A stretch of 64,000 bases of DNA from NCBI RefSeq assembly GCF_036321535.1, contig NC_087437.1, positions 19,036,001 to 19,100,000 on the forward strand, in the 5' to 3' direction. The translations under genes were made by a program, and so were the position numbers. The notes under the pieces are model-generated. The model ran no database searches. It saw only the letters and a list, made by a program, of their open reading frames with translations, and was not told where the DNA came from. Positions 1 through 10,740 of this stretch are shown here, piece by piece; positions within the stretch are counted from its first letter, which is position 1, and each line of letters opens with the position of its first letter. Source of the stretch: Camelus dromedarius (lineage: Eukaryota).

Positions 1-662
1 CTATTTTAAATCCTGACTTGGCTTTCAGTGGCTTCTTATTGTTTGAGGAAAAGTCCAAAAACTGTTTTATGGCTAGAAGACTCTCAGTGGAGTGGACTTG
101 CCTGTCCTATGTGCTGATACCCTGCTTTAAGCTTTAGTTGAATCATGGCTCTTGTTCATTTTCTCTCTTTTCCTTTCTCATCAGGGACTATGGCTCTATA
201 TACGTGAAAGAGAGTAACATTGCAGAGAGATGAAATTACATAGGATCCTGACAGCATGAAAAAATGCTTTCAAAATGGGCTTTGTGTCATAGAAATAATA
301 TTCAGTCCTGGAAATCCCAAGTGTGTGCTAATAAGGAATGAGTTTATTTCAAAGTCTAAAGCTGCCTTAGATGGTGATCCGAATGACTTCTTATCAACTC
401 GAATGCCTTTTCCTGTGCAGTGTGCAGTTACTCTCAGGGTGAACACTTCTGAACTCCCTGGGAGAGCTGAAGGCTTCTCTGGTTTCCGTGTAATTCAATT
501 TAAGCAACGCTGTCATAGCATCTGCAGCCTGAAGCTGTTTCCCACCCAGATATCACAGTTCAGGGTAGACGTGGAGGAGGCAGGGAGAGGGAACATACAG
601 CATGTGTCCCCAGTCTTTCTCCCTGGGAGGTGGGGGAGTGGGAGGAGGGAATTAAGGGGGTC

Positions 663-755
663 TACTATGTGCCTGGCAAGGTGCTAGCTGCTTTCTATAT
701 ATCATAGCATTTAATCCTCACAACAATCTAGTGAGGCAGGTATTATACCCGTTCT
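663..755 (-). mobile_element. MIR SINE 3' fragment
   Basis: tactatgtgcctggca...atttaatcctcacaacaatctagtgaggcaggtattat is the reverse complement of the MIR tail. Confidence 0.8.
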
Positions 756-1174
756 TATAGAAGCCTGTCTCTTTTGGCTACCCAGATTCTGCTCTCTTTG
801 ACCACCAGTAGCTCCATCTGAGAGTAGGAGAACATTAACAATGCTCTCACTTTGGCCCTACACTCCTCTAGTCCACAGTGCTGTCATAATTGTGGGCTTT
901 CAGATGGGGGCAACTTTTGGCCAGGTCAGGGGTCCTCTCCTGGAACTGACTTCTGGGGCATCTCTCTATCCTCCTGGAAAGTTTCATTTTCTGCCTCTCA
1001 TTTCTCATGCCTGCTGTCTGGTGCTGGCCTGCCTTGTGGCCCACAGTGCCTGTATCTCTTTTTGACTTCCCTGGAGCTCTGAGGGGCCTGTGGTGGGCCC
1101 AGCCCCATGGAGATTTCTGGCAGGGCAGAGAGTCTCTCTGCCACCATCCCTCAACACCGTATCCTTGGTCTTGG

Positions 1175-2170
1175 TGTTTCTGCTCTGTGGGAGGTGCTGG
1201 GTCAGTGCTGGGATCCAGTGGTGAGGACAAGAAATACAGTTCCTGCCCTTATGAAGCTCACCTTCTTGCATGGGAGACCATTAACCAACAAGTAAACAAA
1301 CATAAGTAGCATCATTATACATTTTGATAGGAGTTAGAATGAAACATTTGTGAGATGGGGGAGACTATGCGTTAGATTAAGTGCTTGGTGGCAGATCTTA
1401 CAGCTGAGGTGAATAAGATGAGCAGGATTTGGTTGGGGTTCTTTGGGTAGGAGTGGTACAAAGGTCCCGAGGACAGAAAGAGTTTAGTATGTTTGGGGAA
1501 CTGAGAGAAGACTTTCATAGGGCATGGAAGAGAGAATGCAAGATGAGTGGGCAGAGGTGGGCAGGGACCAGATCGCGTGTAGCTTGTCAGCAAAGGAAGA
1601 GTGTTTGGGTTTTTTTATTTATATAAAGTTTTATCAGATAACTATAAGCCTAAAATCTATGTTACCTACTTATGGTAAGAAAGAACATAATTAGGATCCA
1701 TGATGTCCCCCAAATTCTCTTCATTTTTTAAGTATTTATTTTTTATTTATTTTTAAAATTGACGTATAGTTGATTTACAATATATTAATTTCTGGTGTAT
1801 AGCATAGTGATTCATATATACGTGTAAGTATATATATTCCTTTTCATATTCTTTTTCATTATAGGCTATTACAAAATATTGAATATAGTTCCCTATGCTA
1901 TGAGGTAGGTCCTTGTTGTTTAGGAGAGTTTGGGTTTTTCCCAAAGTATGTGGAAAGCCACTCAAGCAGAGGAGTTGGTGATCAAAGTTGTTCGTAACGA
2001 CCTGTCTGGCCCTGTAAGGAGTCTGCATTTGAAGGAGTGGCACTGTGGTTCCTAGGAGAGAAAAAAGTAACTGGGACTAGGTGATGGGGAGAGGTAGAGG
2101 ATCTCAGAGATGTTCAGGAGGTGGGATGCTGAGGACATGCTGTTGAGTTGGATGAAGTCTTGAGGGATAG
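1175..2170 (-). mobile_element. L2 LINE fragment, interrupted by a young L1 insertion at 1615-1923
   Basis: Typical antisense L2 3' motifs (gtgctgggatccagtggtgaggacaag...cctgcccttatgaagctca; gagtttgggtttt...ggaaagccactc) continue on both sides of the insertion. Confidence 0.7.
1615..1923 (-). mobile_element. Short 5'-truncated L1 3' end (~1725-1923) plus ~105 bp of extra sequence, bounded by a 16-bp TSD
   Basis: The L1 3'UTR (attgacgtatagttgatttacaat...aatatagttccctatgctat) is preceded by poly-T. Direct repeats gagtgtttgggttttt (1599-1614) and gagagtttgggttttt (1924-1939) flank it. Confidence 0.8.
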
Positions 2171-3229
2171 GCAGGAATGAAGGAGGAAGAGCAGGTCGGA
2201 CCAGGTGGGCAGATTCCTCTGCTTTCTGGCTTCCCCTCACTTCTTTATCCTCTCCCTCCCCTCAGCCCCCATGTCCCAGATGCATGAATTCCTCCCTTCT
2301 TCCCACTTCCCATGGGCAGCCACTCTCATAGTCCCAGCTTTGGGATTTCCAGGTCCTCCAGCTAGTGATCCTGGCTTGGCCAAAGCACAGCAACCTACTT
2401 TTCCATTTAGCTTGGCTGAGACAAGGTTTGTGTTTTTCTGTTAAAGGAAGTGTGTACCGTGAAACTAAGGAGAATGGAAGATAAATTACCTTACTAACAT
2501 CAACATAAAAATTATAAAACTTTTGCAAAAGGAGAGTTTTCAGAATGCAGTTTCTTTCATGTAATTATAATCTGGCAAACATCTACTGAATATTTACAGC
2601 TGGGCTGGTTACTAGGACTCAGGGATGAATTCCAGGAGGTTCCTGCTTTTGGGAGCCCCCGGGATCAGTGGGAGGGACTGAAGAGAAAAGTCAGCTTCAC
2701 ATCAGTCTCTCTTTGGGGAGGAATGGGGGAAGCCCAGAAGAGCTGGATGCTGAGAGAGATCATCTTCTCCTTGTTCTACTTGACACAGAGGTGAGACCCG
2801 GCACATCTGGCCTGCAGTAGGTTTACTGGTCAGACTGATGTGAAAAGACTGAAGCCTCAGGTAATGAAAGCCTAACTTGAGCTTTGCCCAATAAGCTTAT
2901 GCCAGCTCTCAATTTACCCTCCTGGTTTTTCTGGGGTTGCAGGATGCCCTCATGTGGCCAGCAAAGAGGGAACCATCTATTGTTGGATCCTGTGGAGGAA
3001 TGGCCAAAGACTTGCTGGCTATGTGGCCTCCCTAAGCAGTCTGAGTCCTCAGGCTGGACTCTTCTTGTCAGAAACAGGGCAGGGGTACACTCAGAGCAGA
3101 GGTAGGGTCAGTAGTGCCCTGGCCTGGCACTCAGCCCAACGGACATGACCTGGGCCCACAGAGCCCAGGGGATTTTCCTGAGCTCCTGAATGAGGTGAGT
3201 CATAAGGTGGGTGGCAAGTGGAAGGCTCT

Positions 3230-5130
3230 CTATCCAATTACCTTGATATCTTTGTCAAAATCAACTGGTCATGTATAATAGCATCTGACTCTGGACTTTC
3301 TGTCCTGTTCCTTTGATCTATATGTCTATATGCCGTTGCCATTCTGCCTTGATTACTGTGGTTTCCTAGTAAGTCTTGAAGTTAGGGAGTGTAAGTCTTC
3401 CAAATTTATTCTTCTTTTTCAGAGTTGTTTGACTATTCTAGGTCATTCTGCATTTCCGTATACATTTTAGAATCAGATTGGCAAATTATTTTTTTAAATC
3501 CTGCTTGGGTTTTGATTGGGATTGTATTGACTCTATAAACCAATTTGGGGACATTTGCCATCTTAACAATATTGAGACTTCCAATCCATGAACATGGGAT
3601 ATCTCTTCATTTATTTATGTCTTATCATCTATTTTTGTTGTTAATGTTGTATATAGATTTTTGGTTTGCTAACTAAACACTTCCTATTTTTTATATGGGG
3701 AAAGGGAAGATTAAGAAACTATGCTCTTAGCACTGCTGCCATCTTCCCCAAATCTCTTTTACTAACTTCTTAGGAACAATGCTTAGTTCATTAATTTTCA
3801 TTCTTTTTTCATTACAAACATAGGCATTTGTGCCTATAAGTTTTCCTCTAAGCACTGCTTTAAGCTGTATTTGACAAAGTTTGATGCATAGTATTTTTGC
3901 TATCACTTAGTTCAAAATATTGTATATTTTCTCTTGGGACTTCTTTAATCTGCTGGTTATTTCAAAATACATCCCTTAATTTCCAAGCATATAAGTAGTT
4001 TTTAGAATTTGTTGTTGTTCTTATTGATTTTAACTCAATTGCATATAGTTAGAGAATATATCATTATGATTTCAGTTTTATGATTTCAACTTTTCAATTT
4101 GTTGAGTTATTTCATGGTCCAGTATGTTAATGCTGTCATTGTTTTGTGTGTACTTGAAAATAATTTTTATTCTGCAGATGTTGAGTGCAGTGTTCTAACT
4201 GTCCATTTGTTAAATGTTGTTAACATACTCTCTATCCTTACTAATTTTTTATCTACTTCTTTTAACAGCTACTGATGATTAAATCTCTCACTTTAAGAAT
4301 TTGTCTTTTTCTTGTAGATTTGGCCATATTTGCTTTGCATGTTTTGAGGGCATATTATTCACTGTGTACACATTTAGAATTGTTTTATCTTCTTGATAAA
4401 CAGAGCCTTTTGTCACCATGAATTGGCTTTCCTATTTTCTAGTAATGCTGTTTGCCTTAACGTTTTCACTAATAATAGTATAGACAAGCTGCTTCTTTAG
4501 GTTATCAATTGCATGGTATATCTTTTCTATCCTTTTATTTAAAACCTTTCTATCTTAGTCCATTTGGACTCTGTAACAAAATATCATAGACTAGTTGGCT
4601 TATAAACAATAGAAATTTATTTCTCACAGTTTAGGAAGCTGGCAAGTCAAGGATCATGGCACTGGCAGATTAGGTGTTTGCTGAGGGCCTGCTTCCTCAC
4701 AGATGGTTACCTTCTCACCATAACCTCACATGGTAGAAGGGGCAAGGGATCTCTGTGAGGCCCCTTTCATAAGTGCATTAATCCCAGTCCCCAAACCCTG
4801 ATCCCCAATTACCCCCAAAAGGCCCCACCTCCTAATACCACTGCCTTTCAACATATGTATTTTGGGGGTACACAAATATTCATACCATAGCCCCTTTCTA
4901 TATACTTGTGTTTTTTATGTTTCTCTTTTTGAACCAATATGTTTAAGTTTAAACATGCTTCTGATAATTTTTTAGTTAGTAGAGTCTTTTAACTGGTGCC
5001 TTTAGTCCGTTTACATTCAATGTATTTAAATCTACCATTTGACTATATGCTTTCTATTTGTCCCACATGACACTCCTCTTTCTTTTTTCTTGTCTTCCTC
5101 TTTTGGGTTTGTTTAGTTATTCCTTTTTTT
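3230..5130 (-). mobile_element. Old degraded L1 (ORF2-region remnants), interrupted by an MLT1 LTR
   Basis: T-rich sequence resembling antisense L1 ORF2 (ccttgattactgtggtttcctagtaagtcttgaa; cttccaatccatgaacatgggatatctc); similar to 21550-21800 of the young L1. Confidence 0.8.
4551..4892 (-). mobile_element. MLT1A-type MaLR solo LTR
   Basis: tatcttagtccatttgg...tataaacaatagaaatttatttctcacagt...ggccccacctcctaatacc...cataccatagc matches the recalled MLT1A consensus. Confidence 0.85.
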
Positions 5131-6814
5131 TGTTGTTGTTCTTAGTAGCTTCAGACTTGGAGATGAACTTCCCTGTGGAAAGCAGGCTGGGTCATGTGTC
5201 TGGCACAAGCTCCTGCAGCCTCCTGGGCTTCCGTCTTTCACAGCAGGGACTCTCCCATGCTGCTGTCATCAGGCTAACCTTCATGTCTTACCTCATGCTG
5301 CAGACTCGCTGAGGGCACAGACTAAGTCATAGTCATTTTGGCATGAGGCCTGGAAGTGGGCAGGTAAATGTTCCTTGGATAGACTGAATGAAATTTGAAC
5401 CTTGATACTTCTAAAGCACTTGCAGCTACTCCTGGGCAGTTCTGTGGGGAGAGGATCCCTCCTCAGACCCAGAGGAAGAGGATCTAAAGCTGGTGGTCCT
5501 CTGGGATGAGGGTTTATTGTAATTCCCTCCCCAGGGATTTGGATTCAGAGGGATGGCATGGGGTTGTGGAAAAGGGCAGAACAGCAGGGCTTGGACCTGG
5601 GCTTTGGGTGTCTGGTGCACATCCCTCTAGAGTCTCAGTTTCTTCACTTAAGATTCTTCATCCTGAGGACACGGAGATGTTTTAAGTCCTCTGAGGCTCT
5701 CTCCCAAGGTGGAATGGGGTGGACCATCCCATGCCCTCTGATCTCTGAGATCAGTGCGTAAAGCTGGGGAAAGGCATGGTGGGGCCCTCTTCCAGGGTGA
5801 ATGGAGGGCATTTTTCTGAGTCCTTTCAGCCAAGTCATGCACTCTCCTCATACCCTGCACGGTCCTCTGTGAGAGCCCTACTCGAAAGATGCAAGACTAG
5901 CCAGACTTAGGGCAGATCAGTAGGTGCTCTGGGATCACCCACGTGGGGCCTGGCCTCTGCTGGGATAACAGGCTGCAGGAGCTCTGGGTGAAATCTGGAA
6001 ACTAAAGGGGGTCCTTGAAATGTGAATCAGACCATGGTGCAAAAGTATGTATCATCAACACGCATCTATTGAGTGCCTCCTGTGTACAGCCAGGAAAAAT
6101 GCAGCTATAGAAACAGGCACATATGAAAAGCTTTGAATTGTACCAGATAGATGGCCGGGGTAGAAGGATTCAAAGTCAGGATGGAGGTGTAGGTGGAAGT
6201 GGAGGGGCCGAGTTTATTGGCATTCCTCAGAAGCTGATTTGTGTGGGGGCATTTGGTAGGGGTGGAAAGCCAGAAGTGCAAGGTCAGGAGGGTGCTTGCT
6301 GTGACCCAAGGATCAGGTGAGGAAAGCTGGCAACAGTAGAGAAGGGAAGGTGAGGGGGAGGCAGGGAATCTGAGAATAAGACACTGGTCATGGTCATTTG
6401 AGCAGAGAGGAGCAAGGGTGAGGACAGCCTGAAAGAAAATTCCCACATGTTGTGTCTGGGTGTGGAAAGAGGGCCAGGGCTGCTTGGACCAGGCGGCTGG
6501 CCCTCTCTAAGAGCAGGAGCTGGAGGTGCAGAGAGTGCTTGCTGTCAGCCAGAGGGTGTCTGGGTCAAGTCAGTGCTGTCCCAGGACCCGAGTGAATGAA
6601 CACAGAGCCCCCCAGGATGGGGAGGCAGTGTGGCTGAGTGGGACCATGCAGGCTTTGGTCCAGCCCCACCACTCTTAGCTGTGTGACCTCAGGAACAATT
6701 GCTAACCTTTCTGAGACTGACGAGGGCACAGCAGCTCCTTCCCCCTGACCTTGAGACGTAATTACAGCTGCTGCTGTCAAGACTACCAAAAGAGGGCAGA
6801 CAGAAAGGAGCCCT

Positions 6815-7435
6815 GGATGCATGGATAAAGGAATTAGGGTAACTATACAATGGAATATTATTCAGCCTTAGAAAAGAAGGAGATCCTGCCATTTGCAACA
6901 ACATGGATGAACCTGGAGGGCATTATGCTAAGTGAAATAAACCAGTCACAGTAAGACAAATACTATGCTATCTCACTTACATGTCAAAAAATTTTTTTAA
7001 TGAAAGTCCTGGGGATTGGACCCAGGACTCTGTGCATGCAAAGCATGAGCCCTACCACTGAGCTATACCCTCCCCCCATACATCGAATTTTTAAAAGTTA
7101 AATTCATAGGAGCAGAGAGTAAAACAGTGCTTACCAGGGGTGGGGACATGGAGGAAATGGGGAGGTGCTGGGCAAAGGGTACAAAATTGCAGTTCTGTAG
7201 GATGAATAAGTCTATAGATCTAATGTACAGCTTGATGACTATAGTTAATAATATTGTACTGAATACTGGAAATTTGCTAAGAGTAGATTTCAGGCGCTGT
7301 CATCACACACACACACACACAAAGAGGTAACTATGTGAGGAGATGATTGTCAATTAGCTTGTCTATGAGTATGTATATTAAATCATCATGTTGTCTATCT
7401 TATGTATATACAGTTTTTAATTTAAAAAAGAAAAG
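6815..7435 (+). mobile_element. L1 3' fragment (L1MA/MB-like) carrying a nested SINE
   Basis: ORF2 C-terminal and 3'UTR motifs (atacaatggaatattattcagcc...gcaacaacatggatgaacctggagggcattatgctaagtgaaataa), ending in an A-rich tail. Confidence 0.9.
6992..7077 (-). mobile_element. tRNA-Ala-derived SINE (camelid Vic-1-like, short form)
   Basis: The reverse complement reads ggggagggtatagctcagtggtagggctcatgctttgcatgcacagagtcctgggtccaatccccagg followed by an A tail; homologous to 44786-44870. Confidence 0.85.
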
Positions 7436-9774
7436 AAAAGCCTGGTGGCCAGACTGAGCCCAGACTGAGCAGTCCCATTTCACAGGCTGCAGAACTGAGG
7501 CCCTGGAAAGGCCTCCCTTCCCCAGCCACGCAGCTGGGGCTGGCTCTGTCTCTGCTGTGGGTCCTCACGGGGTGCTGTTGGCAGTGCCTTGCAGTCTTGT
7601 GGTGGCTGCTTCCACCCGCTATCAGATGTTGACATACAAATGCCCTGCTAAGGAAAATATTTTCATTCTTTTATTATGGCATTCTTGGGCTTAATCATAT
7701 TTTTCTTTGTCTTTAAAAACAAGCTCCTGTGTGGTTTTCTATCCTCTTGCTGCTCTTCTAAGGACATTTTAGAACTGCGCCTCCCTGATGCTTAATGCCT
7801 TTTCATTGTGTGGCTGCTCGAGGGGGCTTAGGGTGGGCAGGTGCTGAGCGCCCCCCAGTGCCTCACACCACACTCAACACTCTACATCCAGGGATCTCTT
7901 ACCAACCTCGCTTCTACTCAGAGAGAAAGGTGTCACCTCATTTAGCAGAAGAAACTGATGTTCAGAGAGGTTAAGTGTCCTATCTGAGGCCACACAGCCT
8001 GAAGTGAAAAAGGCAGAGCTTAAAATGGGATTAGAACCAATTTGATCTCCAAGTCAAGGATTATTCTGTGAATAAATCTGCTCTGCTAGTACCCTGGCCT
8101 GATCTCTGGCACTGGCCGGCTGTGGGGACCTAAAGCAAGTCCCTGTGTTCTTGTCACATCCTCTGGGTGTGACAGCCCAAGGTGAAAACTGGGGAATGAG
8201 AATGACAGTGATTGTTGACTGACTGTATGAGCTGTTTGTCAGTTCTTTGGGCAGCTGTTTATTGAGGGCCTACTATGTGCCTGCCGAAGCTGTAATCTCC
8301 ATGGCCAGATTGTGAACCCTCCACCCTCCACCCACAGTGTCCGCACTGGCTCGGCACACAGAGGGGCTCAACAAAGATGTGCTGGATATTGGCTGGGGCA
8401 AACTGTGAAGGAAGGAAGAACCCACAGAGGTGTTTGCTGGAGGCCCAGGGATTGTGTTGGGGGTTGGTGGGAGGAAGAGGAAGAACCCTTCCCGAATGAA
8501 GCCCTGCTGTGTACTGGTTGCATATGGGCCTGTTTAATTCTCCCCATGGTCCTCTGAGGCCCTGTTACTGCTCCCATTTTATAGCAGAGGAAACAGGGCT
8601 GAGGTGACTGAAGGGCAGAGAGCCAGCAGATATGGTGTATGAGTTTAAATAAATGCAGGTCTGCGATTGCCACCACCCCTCCTGTGGCCCCCATTTGTTC
8701 CCTGTCAGTACCTGAGAAATGAGGAATGGCCCCTTCCAAGGTACTCAGGGAACTTGGCTTTAGGGTCCATGACCATATCCACGGTGGAGGGTGGGGGGTC
8801 AAATCACAGGCTGACGAGGGTGAGGGAGGAGCACACCCCAGGGGTGCTCAAGTCCCCCAGGTCCCTTGAATACCTGCTTCGGCCCAGTTCTGCTCAGTTA
8901 ATTCTGTCCAGTCCCCAGAGGGCTTGAGATATCATTGGCTAGAAAGCAACACAATTTTCTGAGCCGTGTGGAGGAATCCAGGCCCGGAAACCCAGCTCCA
9001 GAGCAGCCCTCCCTCACTCACTGGCCCGGAGCAATGCTCTTCCCTCGCTGGCCTTGATTTTCCCAGCGGTAAAATGTGAGGTCACACGACCCAGTCCCTG
9101 AATTGATATCACTGAGCTCCAGCTTCTTCCCTGAGCATCCCACCTGCTGCCCCTGCATCCTGACAGCCCCCATGGGAGCCCACAACTCACCTTTGTCCCC
9201 ACTCTCTGTCCAACACTCCTGTCTGGAGACGAGGGTGGAGCAGGAGAGAGTTACCCTGTGCTGCTGTTGCCCTGCCCGCTAGAGCTCCTTCCATGTGGCT
9301 AGTGGGGTTGGGGTGGGGTGCTCTGTGAGGGAGTGGAAAGGAAAGGGCTGTTATTTGTGGCACGATGTTCCTCTAGGCCACCTTCCCTCTATGACCAGTG
9401 GAGTCCCCGACCCTGTCCTCTACTTTGGGATCTCCCTCCACCCTAGGTTCTTTGGTTTTGACGTGGCTGATGGCCAGCTCTGGCCGACATCCCAGGTTGG
9501 GAAGAACAGTTGGTGGAAAGTGTGTGAACTCTCTACTATCTTCAGCCCTGCCTCTATTCTCAAGGTCCTTGGGCTGTGAAGCAAGGCCTGGGGCCTTGAC
9601 TGGCAAGATTAGTGTGGGAGGTGGCGGCTCCCTCCTGCTCTCTGTGGTGAAAGGCAAGCGTACTTTCCCTTGACCAGAGCTGTGCTGCAGCCTGTAATTA
9701 CAGACATGACAGTCACCTCATGGACAGGGTCTGGACAGGGCCTGCCACAGAAACAGCCCTGGGCTGACAAAGGG

Positions 9775-9950
9775 CTGGGAGTCAACAGGCCTGCGTTTGA
9801 ATCCAGGTTCTGCCTCTCAATTAGCTGTGTGTCCTTTGGCAGATTACTTGGCCCCTCTGGCCCCAGCTGCCTCCTTTATAAAATGGGATAACACTGGTTG
9901 CCTGTTAGTGTTACTATGAGGGCTAATTGGGCTGATGTGTATAAAATATA
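9775..9950 (+). mobile_element. MIR SINE
   Basis: tttgaatccaggttctgcctctcaattagctgtgtgtcctttggcagattactt...tataaaatgggataa matches the MIR core. Confidence 0.85.
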
Positions 9951-10439
9951 ATAAATAATGCAGGGCCGGTCCTGGGCAGTGTTATGTGAAGGTGGAGTGG
10001 GCCTTCTGTGAGTGATCTCCTCTAGTGCACCCACACGCAGCCTCTTGGCACTGCCCCATTCATTCCCCGGGCACCAAGGTTTTCATCTTCACCTAGAGCC
10101 TCATTTGGGCCTGTCTTCTTCTGTCTCTGCAGACCCACAATCCTCTTTTCTTCCTGCTGCCAGGGTTCTCCTTCAGGCCCTTCTATGAAGTATCACCTCA
10201 GAAACCAACTGGCCAATCAAATTCCCACCAGTATGTGAATAACAGACAATATCCTAGAGTCCGACTCTCCTGTGAGTCTTTGTATTTTAAAATATTTTTT
10301 TTAAACCCCACTTTTCCCAACTTTGAATCTGACACATAGTAGATGCTCAGTCAAAGTTGGTTGATTGAATACATGAAAGCACCTGAAAGATGTTCTAATG
10401 GTGGCATTTCAGTCATGTGTTCCTGTGTTTAGCCTCTCT

Positions 10440-10740
10440 ATGGACATTTAGTTTGTATGCTAGATCTGGGGATGTATTGGTGGATAAAACAGCCACAGTC
10501 CTATCCCATGGAACTTTTGGTGTAGTGGGGACAATCAGATAATAAGCAAACAAACACATTTCTATTTACAAGCTGTGATAAATTCCTTGACTGAAATAAT
10601 ATTGCAGATTCTATGGTATGGTATAATGGGGGTCCTAATTAAACGGAGAGGATCCTAATCCCACTTAGGGGTGGGATTTGGGAAGACCTTTCAGAGAAGC
10701 TAAACTTTAAGATGAGAAGCCATCAGGGCCAGATAGGAAA
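10440..10740 (-). mobile_element. L2 LINE fragment
   Basis: tgctagatctggggat...cagtcctatcccatggaactt...gggaagacctttcagagaag are antisense L2 3' motifs. Confidence 0.65.

Noticed and set aside
256..687. 143-aa ATG ORF
   Set aside because: No recognisable domain, and its 3' end runs through a G-rich tract into a MIR.
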